Origin: a virus
DNA length: 64,000 nucleotides
Virus record (IMG/VR): IMGVR_UViG_3300030117_007605
Coordinates: 21,286-85,285 of that record
Direction: 5' to 3' (one strand)
Shown here: piece after piece, positions 28,832-38,720 of the stretch
Position numbering within the stretch: the stretch's first letter is position 1
How the letters are laid out: each line of letters begins with the position of its first letter
Notes under the pieces: generated by a model
Databases searched by the model: none
What the model was told of the DNA's origin: nothing
Seen by the model: only the letters and a program-made list of their open reading frames with translations
Translations under genes and position numbers: made by a program

Positions 28832-29323
28832 ATGAAGTTTAAAGAAGTTAAGGTACATAGACCTAGTATTTTTAGGGATTACAGAGGCGATTATTGGACC
28901 CTGTGGCGAGCAGGGCACGATGAAGGATCAAGCTTAGACTTTAATCACGACAAGGTTTCAACCTCTAGAAAAAATGTTTTAAGAGGCATTCATGGAGATT
29001 CAAAGGCTCACAAGCTATTGACCTGCTTATCAGGCGAGGTGTATTGCGTAGTAGTCGATAACAGACAAGACTCACCAACTTATTTAGAGTGGGATTGGAT
29101 AATACTGGATGATAAAAGCAGAGACCGCATTCTATTACCCCCAGGTTTTGGTAATGGATATTTGATTCTTAGTGATAGCGCGGTTATGCATTATAAATGG
29201 GCATATGATGGTGAATACCCCGATGTCGATCAACAATTTTCTTTAAAATGGAATGATCCTAGGCTTAACATTAATTGGGCTATTAACAACCCTATCTTAT
29301 CTAAGAGAGACGGTGCAACATGA
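28832..29323 (+). CDS. rmlC: dTDP-4-dehydrorhamnose 3,5-epimerase family
   Basis: DYRG, NVLRGIH, VVVDNRQDSPTY, PPGFGNG, WNDPRLNINW, LSKRD. Confidence 0.88.
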   Translation: MKFKEVKVHRPSIFRDYRGDYWTLWRAGHDEGSSLDFNHDKVSTSRKNVLRGIHGDSKAHKLLTCLSGEVYCVVVDNRQDSPTYLEWDWIILDDKSRDRILLPPGFGNGYLILSDSAVMHYKWAYDGEYPDVDQQFSLKWNDPRLNINWAINNPILSKRDGAT

Positions 29324-30315
29324 AAACAGCAATGATAAGTGGTGTAACTGGTCAAGATGGTTCTTATCTAGCGGAACTTCTTCTTCGCAAAGGGTATTTT
29401 GTAATAGGTCTTAAGAGAAGAACATCTCTGATATGTACAGACAGGGTTGATAAAATTTTAAATTCTAATAAAAATTTCAAAATGGAATACTGGGATTTAA
29501 ATGATGCGTCAGCAACCTATCGATTACTTTTAAAATATAAACCTGATGAATTCTATAATTTGGCGGCACAATCCCATGTAAGAGTGTCTTTTGAAGTCCC
29601 AGAAGATACTGTTCTTGGAATTGCTAACGGAACTCTTCGCATTTTAGAGGCTATAAGAAACGTAAAACCAGATTGTCGTTTTTATCAAGCTAGTTCGTCA
29701 GAAATGTTTGGTGACAATCCAAATATACCAGAAATGGGATATACTGAAGAATCTCGCCTCATGCCTGCGTCACCATACGCCTGTGCAAAGGTTTTCGCTC
29801 ATAATTTAATACGCAATTATCGTGTGTCTTATGGTCTTCATGCCTCAAGCGGTATTTTATTCAATCACGAATCCCCACGCCGTGGAGAAACCTTTGTAAC
29901 AAGAAAAATTACATTAGCGGCAGCCAATATTAGATTAGGTCATCAAGATCACGTTGAGCTAGGCAACCTTTCAGCGAAGAGGGATTGGGGTCATGCTAAA
30001 GACTATGTAAGGGCTATGTGGCTTATGCTTCAACAGGACAAACCAGATGATTATATAATTGCTACGGGAGAAACATATTCGGTTGAAGAATTTCTAAAAG
30101 AGGTCTGGTCGATCGCAGAATTGGGGAACGTGACAGCACATTTAAAGATAAATCAAAAATATTTTAGACCCCATGAGGTCCCTTATCTACTTGGCAATGC
30201 CAGTAAGGCTAAAGAGATACTTGGATGGACTCCAAAATATAATTTAAAACTTTTAGCACAAGACATGTATTTGAGCGATTTCAATCGCACAGTTTCAGAA
30301 AAAGGATGGAAATAA
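29320..30315 (+). CDS. gmd: GDP-mannose 4,6-dehydratase
   Basis: GVTGQDGSYLAE, NLAAQSHV, QASSSE, SPYACAK, FNHESPRRGETFVTRK, RDWGHA. Confidence 0.96.
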   Translation: MKTAMISGVTGQDGSYLAELLLRKGYFVIGLKRRTSLICTDRVDKILNSNKNFKMEYWDLNDASATYRLLLKYKPDEFYNLAAQSHVRVSFEVPEDTVLGIANGTLRILEAIRNVKPDCRFYQASSSEMFGDNPNIPEMGYTEESRLMPASPYACAKVFAHNLIRNYRVSYGLHASSGILFNHESPRRGETFVTRKITLAAANIRLGHQDHVELGNLSAKRDWGHAKDYVRAMWLMLQQDKPDDYIIATGETYSVEEFLKEVWSIAELGNVTAHLKINQKYFRPHEVPYLLGNASKAKEILGWTPKYNLKLLAQDMYLSDFNRTVSEKGWK

Positions 30316-30316
30316 A

Positions 30317-30508
30317 ATGAAATTAGCAGATCAAGCATTAGGAGCAGTTATGATGGCTCTACAAAAATCATTACTAGAACAAACGGACATTGTACCAGTC
30401 TTGAAAGAATTCAACTTTGTTGTAAGTGGAGATTCACAAGATGAATTAGTAGTTACAAATCCACCAACATTTAAATTAGACGAGTTTGACGATGCCGAAA
30501 ATAGTTGA
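30317..30508 (+). CDS. Small hypothetical protein
   Basis: 63-aa ORF tightly packed between gmd and the cupin gene. Confidence 0.7.
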   Translation: MKLADQALGAVMMALQKSLLEQTDIVPVLKEFNFVVSGDSQDELVVTNPPTFKLDEFDDAENS

Positions 30509-30854
30509 AAAGCCTTGGGGGCATGAAGAAATAATCGTACATGCTGATAAGTATGTAATGAAAAAACTTTTTATAAAGGCGGGTCAGCGTTTATCGAGGC
30601 AGTTCCATGTTAAAAAGGACGAGACAATATATGTAGCTAATGGGTTGCTTCTGTTGGATCTATCAACAGATGATCACGAAAGCAACATTATACGACTTGG
30701 GGAAGGAGAATCTTGGAGGATTGTTCCAAAGACAATCCATAGATTCACAGCGCCAGATGAGCAAGATGTGACACTGTTTGAGGTGTCAACTCCCGAGTTG
30801 GACGATGTAGTTCGACTTTCAGACGACTATGGACGTGTCGATGCCAAAGTATAG
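30492..30854 (+). CDS. Cupin (mannose-6-phosphate isomerase type II C-terminal-like)
   Basis: VEKPWG, LSRQFH-x2-KDET, IHRF, EVSTPELDDVVRLSDDYGR. Confidence 0.85.
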   Translation: MPKIVEKPWGHEEIIVHADKYVMKKLFIKAGQRLSRQFHVKKDETIYVANGLLLLDLSTDDHESNIIRLGEGESWRIVPKTIHRFTAPDEQDVTLFEVSTPELDDVVRLSDDYGRVDAKV

Positions 30855-31104
30855 ATATGGATGTAGTGAATGTGAGAGAGAATGGTGGCAATGGGGAGCT
30901 ATAGCCGATAAAATGGATAGTTGTCCTCATTGCGACGTTGGGATCCCAGAAAAGCTTCCTGTCACCTTTGCCTATATGAGCAGTGCCGATAGCAAAGAAA
31001 AAACTGCCAAAGAAAATGTGGTAGATCATATTGAAGAAAATCGACAGATCCTTAAAAAGATGAGAGAGACTTCAAAAGAAAAGGATGTATTTAATGATGA
31101 TTGA
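30841..31104 (+). CDS. FmdB-like zinc-ribbon protein
   Basis: MPKYRYGCSEC...CPHC. Confidence 0.75.
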   Translation: MPKYRYGCSECEREWWQWGAIADKMDSCPHCDVGIPEKLPVTFAYMSSADSKEKTAKENVVDHIEENRQILKKMRETSKEKDVFNDD

Positions 31105-31369
31105 GAGTATAGCATTAATCGGAACAATAATTTTTATAGGTTTATTTTTTGTTTCAGTATGGTTTAATTTGTTTTTAATCAGGAAATTACTCTATTTTAA
31201 TGAAAACTTTGATGAAGTTAATTTATCAATTGATAGTTTTTCAAAGCATCTAGAAGATTTATATGAATTGCCAGCGTTTTATGGCGATGATAACTTAGAA
31301 AAGCTATTGCAGCATTCAAGAGAGTTAAACAGAGATTTAGGGGAATTTAAAAACAAGTATTCACAATGA
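31085..31369 (+). CDS. Small membrane-anchored protein
   Basis: N-terminal hydrophobic helix IALIGTIIFIGLFFVSVWFNLFLI followed by a short coiled coil. Confidence 0.7.
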   Translation: MYLMMIESIALIGTIIFIGLFFVSVWFNLFLIRKLLYFNENFDEVNLSIDSFSKHLEDLYELPAFYGDDNLEKLLQHSRELNRDLGEFKNKYSQ

Positions 31370-32055
31370 GAAAAAGAAAGAAAAGAACAAAAAACATGTA
31401 TTTTACAAAAATACATGAAGAAGCAATAATAGAATATGCGAAATCAGATGATAATGTAGTAAAGACAAAATTATATTCTTCACTAATCCAGCCAGCTTTT
31501 AGTGAACTCGTTGATAAAATTGTTTATACATATAAATTTAACAATCTGCCAAATATTGATTACTTAAAAGATGATTGTAAAGTTTGGTTGACGACCATTT
31601 TAAATAAATACGATCCAAATAGAGGATCAAAGGCGTTTTCATATTTCAGTGTTATCACAAAAAACTGGTTCATTCACAAGGTGAAAAAGAACTCGCAAGC
31701 GGCAAGAAGAGAAATCAATATTGATGATGCTGTCAAAACATCACAAAATCAGTTTATCATGACGAACAACCCATATGAGCGTGACCGTGAAAAACGTGAA
31801 TTTTGGGAGGCTTTAATGACTTTTGTCAAACAATTAGAGAATGACAATACCGTAATAAAGAATGATAATGATCGGAAGGTGATTTCTTCTGTAGAATACA
31901 TGTTAGAAAATATGGAAAAATTGGAAATCTTAAATAAAAAGGCGATTTATCTTTACTTAAGAGAGATGACTGGTATGACAACAAAACAGTTGGCTCCAAC
32001 ACTTAGAAAAATTAAGGTTGAGTATAAATATTTCATAAAGCAATGGAATAAATAA
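31366..32055 (+). CDS. Phage late-transcription sigma factor (T4 gp55-like)
   Basis: MYFT, KYDPNRGSKAFSYFSVITKNWFI (sigma region 2-like); sits just upstream of the structural module. Confidence 0.75.
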   Translation: MRKRKKRTKNMYFTKIHEEAIIEYAKSDDNVVKTKLYSSLIQPAFSELVDKIVYTYKFNNLPNIDYLKDDCKVWLTTILNKYDPNRGSKAFSYFSVITKNWFIHKVKKNSQAARREINIDDAVKTSQNQFIMTNNPYERDREKREFWEALMTFVKQLENDNTVIKNDNDRKVISSVEYMLENMEKLEILNKKAIYLYLREMTGMTTKQLAPTLRKIKVEYKYFIKQWNK

Positions 32056-32068
32056 TTTTAGCCACTGG

Positions 32069-32080
32069 TCTAATTATCTA
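32069..32080 (+). promoter_or_regulatory. Candidate late promoter
   Basis: TCTAATTATCTA in an intergenic gap, identical to 48550-48561. Confidence 0.6.
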
Positions 32081-32094
32081 AGAGGCGGTACCCA

Positions 32095-32406
32095 ATGGAC
32101 AAAAAAAAATTAATTGAAGAAGCTCTTGATAACATTAGAACAGATAGAACTACAACAGAGAGTCTATTAATCGACCTACAGCAAGAAATTCAACAAAATC
32201 AAGTTGAAAATGTAAGGGCTGGCTTGGTCGCTGCCAAATATGTTGAAACTCTACAGAGATCAAATGAACAACTAGTAAAAGTGCTGCATCTTATCCAAAA
32301 AGCTGAACAACAAAACGGCAGTGTTGAATTGTCGGACAATGAAAAAGATAACCTTTTTGAATTAATTCAAGACAATATGAATGAAAGGGCAGTAGGAGAA
32401 GATTAG
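32095..32406 (+). CDS. Hypothetical coiled-coil protein
   Basis: GAGG SD; helical heptad pattern (KYVETLQRSNEQLVK). Confidence 0.75.
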   Translation: MDKKKLIEEALDNIRTDRTTTESLLIDLQQEIQQNQVENVRAGLVAAKYVETLQRSNEQLVKVLHLIQKAEQQNGSVELSDNEKDNLFELIQDNMNERAVGED

Positions 32407-32954
32407 TGTTAGGTGAGTTTTCATTAAACAATAAAATAGCTGAATCAGTTGTAAGAAATGGCACCAAGGTTAGTATTCGTGGTGCCACAGCATTATATTT
32501 GAACCAAGAGTTCATGAAAATAACTAATGTAGATGAACTCCCATTTCCGAACTTTGGAACTGTTAGAAAGGCTGAAACAATAGCAAAAGGCGATGGCAAT
32601 ACCTCATATATAAAATATGGCTTACCAGATGATTTGGCAAGAAAGGGCGGGTTTACTTTGCTTTATTTAGAAATCGAAGGGGTTTCTAAACAATATGAAG
32701 ACTATGTTAATAAAAAGGTCAGCCCTCAAATATTTCACTCAAGATTGGTTGTGGTGTATGTTAGAGATCAAGAATATTCAAGACTTCCCAGAAATGCGGA
32801 AGTAGTCTTTGTTGATTACGAAGACCCCACAGATATAAATACTATTTTTTTTAATGGGTTTGTAAATAACTCTGTGACTTTGAACCCTAACACAAGTGCG
32901 TATAAAAAGAGAAAACAAAAAGGTGCTAGAAATAATTTTGCGAGCGGAGAATAA
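32406..32954 (+). CDS. Hypothetical protein, possibly a spike/hub N-terminal (OB-like) module
   Basis: 182-aa ORF directly upstream of the spike-like gene; function inferred from position only. Confidence 0.5.
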   Translation: MLGEFSLNNKIAESVVRNGTKVSIRGATALYLNQEFMKITNVDELPFPNFGTVRKAETIAKGDGNTSYIKYGLPDDLARKGGFTLLYLEIEGVSKQYEDYVNKKVSPQIFHSRLVVVYVRDQEYSRLPRNAEVVFVDYEDPTDINTIFFNGFVNNSVTLNPNTSAYKKRKQKGARNNFASGE

Positions 32955-32956
32955 CA

Positions 32957-34030
32957 ATGGGTAATAAGGTTGCTAACAGAATTAATGATAATTTAGTCCC
33001 AGAAAGAGCAGATGAGGCGAAAGCTCTATCAACTGCACCTGATCGTGCAGAAAAGAGTTTACAAAAGCCCAATTTTATTAAAAACAAGGCTCTTGGCGGT
33101 GTGATCACTCCTGGGGAGTCTGATTCTGCCCTGGCACAAGTTCAAGATGCCAGGTATGGCACTGTATTAAACGGCGGTGGTTCAGGTGGAGACTTTGCGA
33201 GTAAAATAGTTATTGGCACCGGATTTTTAAATGATGGGAAGCAAGATAACGCCGAGATAGATTTGACGGACCCGAATTTAAGATATTCTGCCGGAATAAC
33301 AATTTATCAGAGAACTGATACGGGTAAAGAAAACACTTATAATAAGGACTTAGATGAAGACATTGATTTCTTTTCTGATTTTGTTATAAACGAAAATGAC
33401 CCAAACGATGAAGAAGCACAAATAATCAAAGACCGTGAAAAACTTAAAAAAGAAAGAATACTAAGGAAAGCTACAACCCCGAATCCGCAAACTAGTGTGT
33501 CAGTTGTTGAGGTTACCGCCGATACAGTACAAATAAAAGCAAGAAACGGTGGTATTGACATTATTGCCGGTTATGACAATAAACTACCCCGATTCGGCGG
33601 TCAGTCCGATGTTAAAAACCTTCAATATGTAGGTGTAAATCTTATTGGTGGTGGGAATCCTGACACTGACATACTGAATGACCCACAAGATGATAGAGGT
33701 CTACAGCCAATACCTAAAGGGGATAATTTGGCAGAAGCTCTCCAACAGATGATGAACAGGATCAACGATCAATCTAAGTTAATAAAAAGTTTAATTACAG
33801 GTCAACAACTTCTTCAAGGAGTTCTTGCTTTACACACCCACGGTGTCGCACCAGGATTTGCGTTTCCTAGTATTGAATTGGCAACAACAACTGCAATTGT
33901 TAAGACCCCTATAGACATTGTTAATTTTTTAAAGACCTTGACCACAGCATACAACAATGCCGCCCAAAAAGTGAACATGTCCGTTGTTTCTGAGGGCTTT
34001 ATCAACAGTAGATGGAATAAAACAAACTAA
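32957..34030 (+). CDS. Baseplate central spike-like protein (gp5/gpV type)
   Basis: Beta-rich segments, QPIPKGDNL-x3-L, and an LALHTH metal-binding HxH motif at 33833-33841; upstream of gp25. Confidence 0.6.
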   Translation: MGNKVANRINDNLVPERADEAKALSTAPDRAEKSLQKPNFIKNKALGGVITPGESDSALAQVQDARYGTVLNGGGSGGDFASKIVIGTGFLNDGKQDNAEIDLTDPNLRYSAGITIYQRTDTGKENTYNKDLDEDIDFFSDFVINENDPNDEEAQIIKDREKLKKERILRKATTPNPQTSVSVVEVTADTVQIKARNGGIDIIAGYDNKLPRFGGQSDVKNLQYVGVNLIGGGNPDTDILNDPQDDRGLQPIPKGDNLAEALQQMMNRINDQSKLIKSLITGQQLLQGVLALHTHGVAPGFAFPSIELATTTAIVKTPIDIVNFLKTLTTAYNNAAQKVNMSVVSEGFINSRWNKTN

Positions 34031-34031
34031 A

Positions 34032-35855
34032 ATGACATCAGAAAATAAAAAAAAGCAGCTAGCGGTAAAAGAAGAACAGAAAAAAGTTACAAAAACAGAT
34101 GGAACTTATAGTTTTTCTAATTTTGCTGGGGATGTTTCTGCTTTAAGTGAATGGATCAACGTCGGCATCGGTGGTGCAACACAACTTACCAACCTTTATA
34201 ACCAGATAGATTCTGTGCTAGCTGATCTAGCTAAATTAGACTTAGATGGGAACTGTAAGGGCACGACACCATCTGTTAAGGACACTGATGGTGATTTTGG
34301 TGAGTTTGGCGAAGCCGCAAGTCGTTGTAACCCGTTTAAGAACTTACCAGCGTTCAAAGATAAAAAGAATGGGGAAGAAGTAAAAGCTTCAGAAGTTGTC
34401 GCAACAATCATAAAAATTATTGAAAAGTTGTTAGGTCCATCAAACTTCCCAGGTTGCGTTGCTGAACAATATAAAAACTTTTTGAGTGTTGTCCCAGTCC
34501 AGTATTATCTTTTAAATCTTTTAAAGATTGCAGCAGACAAATTGGAAGACCCTGTTAAACAATTAGAAGGCATCGCTGTTTGCAAAGACCAAGATGTGGC
34601 TTCCCAAATACAAAATTTAGATGATGCAATGCCTGACAATTTTATTAGAACATTGCCTAGGCTACCTTACATCCCAATTCCTGATTTAATCCAACTAGTA
34701 GTTAATTTAATTTTAGAGTTCGTTTGTTTTGGCTTGTGTGCCTCTTTAACACCATTAATCGAAAAGGTTGGCGAAGCAATGCTTGTTGAATTTGGGGAGG
34801 AAGATAAAAAGTCTTTAGCGTTACAACCTAATCAATCTCTACAAAAGATTTCAATTGAGCCTTTTCTTAATGATGACGTTCTAGCAGAAATAAAATCTTT
34901 TGTGGATAAAAACATTCCAGACTCCCAAAATATAACAAAAGAAAATATAAAAGAATATATTATAAAAGTCCAGGCTGATGCGAGTTTGAGTCAGGAAGAG
35001 TTTGTTTTCTTACTTTTTGGCAAAATTGACTGTAAAGTATATGATAACGTTACTAAAATTGAGGAAACACTTAGTATTTTTGATTTAGATACAGAACAAA
35101 AGGTAACAACTTTCTTTTCTTTTGTAGGGAGCAGCATAAATCTATTTGGATTTGTAAAAGACTCAAAATCTGAAGTATGCCCACCAGACCCTTGCGAACT
35201 TAAAGACGAACAGTTGGTTGTTGCGGGTATTGCCAATTTGTGCGATCTTCTAAGTCCGCAAGCACCAATTAACATTCCTGTTGATAGTTTGCTAGATGCA
35301 GTAGGTGCCTTTGATTTTATCGCAGAAGCACTAGAAAAGACTTTTAATGCAATTGCAACTTTTAGTGGAGTTTACAACCCACAATTTGACTTTAGTGATC
35401 CAAAGTCGGGTGACAAATCTTATATTAGTGTGTACAATACCATCTTTAATAATTTTAATATACAAAAGGTTCTACCAGCTTACATCAAAACTGTAGAAAA
35501 TCCAGAGCCTCTTCTTTTAGACCAAGTAATCCCAATGGTGCTAGTCGAATACAGGCAGTTTTATTATTCGAACGTATTCGCCTTTGCCGATGTTCGTGAA
35601 GGATTTGATATGATTAAAAAAGATTATACGCTCTTAGCATCTTCAAAAGATTTTACCGTTGATGGAATCCCTCGTCCTGGGCTTGCTAACGAATCTAAAG
35701 TAAAATTTAATGTTTATAACAAATTTTCTAAGGATGACATTCGAAAAACTATGAAGCAGATTTCACAACAGTCTCCAACCAACGCTGATGAAACTGAAGC
35801 AGATATGATTAATTTTCAACAATTAAAGCAAAAATACAACATTGGGGTTGAATAG
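34032..35855 (+). CDS. Hypothetical baseplate-region protein
   Basis: Long ORF; ATG 34032 follows the previous stop; several clustered Cys. Confidence 0.7.
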   Translation: MTSENKKKQLAVKEEQKKVTKTDGTYSFSNFAGDVSALSEWINVGIGGATQLTNLYNQIDSVLADLAKLDLDGNCKGTTPSVKDTDGDFGEFGEAASRCNPFKNLPAFKDKKNGEEVKASEVVATIIKIIEKLLGPSNFPGCVAEQYKNFLSVVPVQYYLLNLLKIAADKLEDPVKQLEGIAVCKDQDVASQIQNLDDAMPDNFIRTLPRLPYIPIPDLIQLVVNLILEFVCFGLCASLTPLIEKVGEAMLVEFGEEDKKSLALQPNQSLQKISIEPFLNDDVLAEIKSFVDKNIPDSQNITKENIKEYIIKVQADASLSQEEFVFLLFGKIDCKVYDNVTKIEETLSIFDLDTEQKVTTFFSFVGSSINLFGFVKDSKSEVCPPDPCELKDEQLVVAGIANLCDLLSPQAPINIPVDSLLDAVGAFDFIAEALEKTFNAIATFSGVYNPQFDFSDPKSGDKSYISVYNTIFNNFNIQKVLPAYIKTVENPEPLLLDQVIPMVLVEYRQFYYSNVFAFADVREGFDMIKKDYTLLASSKDFTVDGIPRPGLANESKVKFNVYNKFSKDDIRKTMKQISQQSPTNADETEADMINFQQLKQKYNIGVE

Positions 35856-35864
35856 GTAAACAAA

Positions 35865-36533
35865 ATGATAGGTTTTAAACAATATCTTTTAACTTCTTTC
35901 TCTCTTCTCATCGAAGAAAGAATAAACAGTTATCTCTTACAAGTAATAGGCGAGAATTTGCTATTGTTTGCGGAAGAGGAAAGCTTTTTTAAAGAAAATG
36001 GAATAGATCTAAGTCTAGAGGAGGGCGCTAAAAAGACATACAATTTATATGGAGTTTCAGGTTCCCCATACAAAAATTTAGTATTGTTTGATGAAACACT
36101 AAATCTTGGGTTCAAGGATGCTCTTGAGTTTGGGCAGGATACCACTACGGCAGATTATGGTTTAAAACAGAAAAAATCTTATAAATATTATGAATTAGCG
36201 GCAGATTATCTTAAGCAAAACAATCTTGTTGCGTTTGATAGTCCCTTTTTAACTACACTAGGGGAGTTGTTTTATCAAAGGTTGTATTTATTCAAAAAAG
36301 AGTTAAGCCTAACAACGGACATGCTTCAGAGCGACAGTTTTTTAGGTTATCTCAACTATTGTAAAGAAGTTACAGAGTCGAATAAGACTCTTTATGAGGA
36401 AAAGTTTTCTAAAGATATTATTCTAGGAGGAACTTTCAGATCTTATGTGGAAAAAAATTTAGTACCTAAAATCGAAGAACTTAACGATATTATAGATAAA
36501 AACCTAATTAGTGTAGTAGAAGGAGCGCAATAA
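35865..36533 (+). CDS. Hypothetical protein
   Basis: 222-aa ORF in the baseplate operon. Confidence 0.7.
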   Translation: MIGFKQYLLTSFSLLIEERINSYLLQVIGENLLLFAEEESFFKENGIDLSLEEGAKKTYNLYGVSGSPYKNLVLFDETLNLGFKDALEFGQDTTTADYGLKQKKSYKYYELAADYLKQNNLVAFDSPFLTTLGELFYQRLYLFKKELSLTTDMLQSDSFLGYLNYCKEVTESNKTLYEEKFSKDIILGGTFRSYVEKNLVPKIEELNDIIDKNLISVVEGAQ

Positions 36534-36534
36534 A

Positions 36535-36915
36535 ATGCCAAAAGGGTTTTCAGCCAAACTCCCATTATCTTATAGTGAAACAGACGGACCATATTTGCTC
36601 ACAAAATCACTTGAAGAAAATGCGAGACAAAATTTGAAAAACTTAATTTTCACCATCCCTGGGGAGAGAGTGATGAATTCTGATTTTGGTGTTGGATTCA
36701 GCACCCTCCTTTTTGAAAACGCAAACAACCAAACGGTTGAAGATTTAAGAGAAAGGCTTATAAGACAGGTGGAAAAATATCTGCCATTTATAATCATTTT
36801 AAACGTTGAGGCAGACATTGAAGAGAACACGGCATTCTTAAGAGTAGATTACAACATACCAAACATTTCAGTTAGCAGCACTTTAGAACTAGATATAAAA
36901 AATAACTTTGGGTAG
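36535..36915 (+). CDS. Baseplate wedge protein, gp25-like
   Basis: QNLKNLIFTIPGERVMNSDFGVG...LLFE...KYLPFI; AAGGAG SD. Confidence 0.9.
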   Translation: MPKGFSAKLPLSYSETDGPYLLTKSLEENARQNLKNLIFTIPGERVMNSDFGVGFSTLLFENANNQTVEDLRERLIRQVEKYLPFIIILNVEADIEENTAFLRVDYNIPNISVSSTLELDIKNNFG

Positions 36916-36923
36916 GAAAATAC

Positions 36924-38720
36924 ATGGCAGGCAAAAAAACAAAACCAGTTCGATATGCTAGTAGAGAATTTAATGACATAAAATCTCAGCTAGTTGAATA
37001 TGCTAAAACATATTATCCTGAAACATACAAGGACTTCAACGAGGCTTCATTTGGCTCGTTAATGCTTGACACGGTTGCTTACATTGGCGATGTGTTGTCT
37101 TTCTATGTTGATTATCAGGCGAACGAGTCATTTATTGATAGTTCAATTGAGACTGGAAACTTACTAAAATTAGCTAAACAATTTGGTTATAAAAATCCTC
37201 AAGCTTTTTCGGCAACCGGCAAGGCTGCTTTTTATGTAGAGGTTCCAGCCCAGGCTGATGGTAGTCAAAACACTGATCTGATCCCAACTTTAAAGGAAGG
37301 TACTTCTTTGTCAAGCACAACGGGGACAAGCCTCATCCTGATATCCGACGTGGATTTTCGTAAGACTGATGTTGAAGTCGTCGTTGCTAAGACAAACACG
37401 GATGGACTACCTACAAGCTATGCCTATAAAGCTTATGGGGATGTTATTACTGGCGTTATAGAGACTGAAAATTTAACTGTCGGATCATATCAGAAATTTC
37501 TGAAAATTGAACTTGAAGCCAATAATATTACAGAAATTATATCAGTTGTGGACAGTGAAGGTAACGAATATTTTGAAGTCCCATATCTTTCACACAATGT
37601 TACATTACAACCAGTTCGCAATCCAAACTACCAAGGTGGTGAAGATGTCCCATACATTTTAAGAGAAAAATTAGCAGCAAGAAGATTTACAGTTGATGTT
37701 GATGAGAATGGTAAAACTTCTTTACAATTTGGGTATGGCTCGGAAAATAGTATAAAAAATAATGAATATCCAGAACCCTCAACGGCTGCGGTCCAAAGAT
37801 ATGCAAGAAACTACTATTCTGATGATAGCTTTGACCCATCAGTTTTATTGAAAAATGATAAATTTGGCGTTGTACCACCATCTGGAGATTTAGTCGTCAC
37901 TTTTAGAAAAAATGACGGTGAAACCATTAATCTTCCTGTGAATTCTGTAGATTCTATTGATGATGCAGTGATCAGTTTTCCTACGAATGCATTTCCAGCA
38001 TCGGTAAACAGACAATTCATAATCAACTCCTTAGATGTTGAAAATGAAGAACCTGTTCTTGGTCAAGTTGACAATCTATCACAGGAAGAAATAAGAGTTC
38101 GGGCAATAAACGCTTATTCTGCACAAAATAGAGCAGTCACAAAACAAGACTATATTAGCTTAATTTATAGAATGCCATCAAAATTTGGCGCTGTTAAAAG
38201 AGCTAACATTGTTCAAGACAAAGATTCTTTTAAAAGAAATCTAAACATGTATGTTTTGGCTGAAGACACTGATGGGAATTTAACAACTGCGACTTCAACA
38301 GTAAAAGAAAATGTCAAAACCTGGATAAGTCAGTATAAAATGATTAATGATACGGTCGATATTTTAGATGGGCAGGTGGTCAATTTTTATATTGAATATA
38401 AAGTCCTCGGATCATTGGAGTACAATCAGTCTGAAGTGTTAGAGCGTTGCAACACGGCGGTTAAAAATCTATTTGCCTCCAAGCTTTTATTCGGAACTCC
38501 ATTATACATTTCTGAGATTTTCAAAACATTAAACGATTTAGATTCGGTAGTAGATACTCAGGATGTGGAGATCAAACAGAGATTCGGAACTCAATATGGG
38601 ACCTACTTTTTTGATATTGAGGGTGCGACAACACCAGACAATAGAGCAATCATTGTACCAGAAAATGTAATTATGGAATTGAAATTTCCCGATCAAGATA
38701 TTATTGGAGTAGTAGTCTAA
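36924..38720 (+). CDS. Baseplate wedge protein, T4 gp6/P2 J-like
   Basis: REFNDIK, YYPETYKDF, YIGDVLSFYVD, LQFG, AQNRAVTKQDY. Confidence 0.9.
   Translation: MAGKKTKPVRYASREFNDIKSQLVEYAKTYYPETYKDFNEASFGSLMLDTVAYIGDVLSFYVDYQANESFIDSSIETGNLLKLAKQFGYKNPQAFSATGKAAFYVEVPAQADGSQNTDLIPTLKEGTSLSSTTGTSLILISDVDFRKTDVEVVVAKTNTDGLPTSYAYKAYGDVITGVIETENLTVGSYQKFLKIELEANNITEIISVVDSEGNEYFEVPYLSHNVTLQPVRNPNYQGGEDVPYILREKLAARRFTVDVDENGKTSLQFGYGSENSIKNNEYPEPSTAAVQRYARNYYSDDSFDPSVLLKNDKFGVVPPSGDLVVTFRKNDGETINLPVNSVDSIDDAVISFPTNAFPASVNRQFIINSLDVENEEPVLGQVDNLSQEEIRVRAINAYSAQNRAVTKQDYISLIYRMPSKFGAVKRANIVQDKDSFKRNLNMYVLAEDTDGNLTTATSTVKENVKTWISQYKMINDTVDILDGQVVNFYIEYKVLGSLEYNQSEVLERCNTAVKNLFASKLLFGTPLYISEIFKTLNDLDSVVDTQDVEIKQRFGTQYGTYFFDIEGATTPDNRAIIVPENVIMELKFPDQDIIGVVV

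Noticed and set aside
13520-30854. Bacterial O-antigen/capsule locus (host DNA)
   Set aside because: Continuous and co-oriented with phage genes on both sides; no flippase, polymerase or priming transferase; no integrase or att-like junction seen.
4054-34031. Track start sites at 4054, 9303, 10320, 12491, 16049, 30829 and 33984
   Set aside because: Downstream ATGs (4066, 9468, 10368, 12521, 16061, 30841, 34032) fit SD position, gene packing or family N-termini better.
35853-35867. TAG recoding or readthrough, since the TAG stops at 19564, 35855 and 49451 are in frame with the next gene
   Set aside because: Other TAG stops (8221, 9457, 21870, 36915) are out of frame, TAG often overlaps the next SD (TAGGAG), and conserved enzymes are full length in the standard code.
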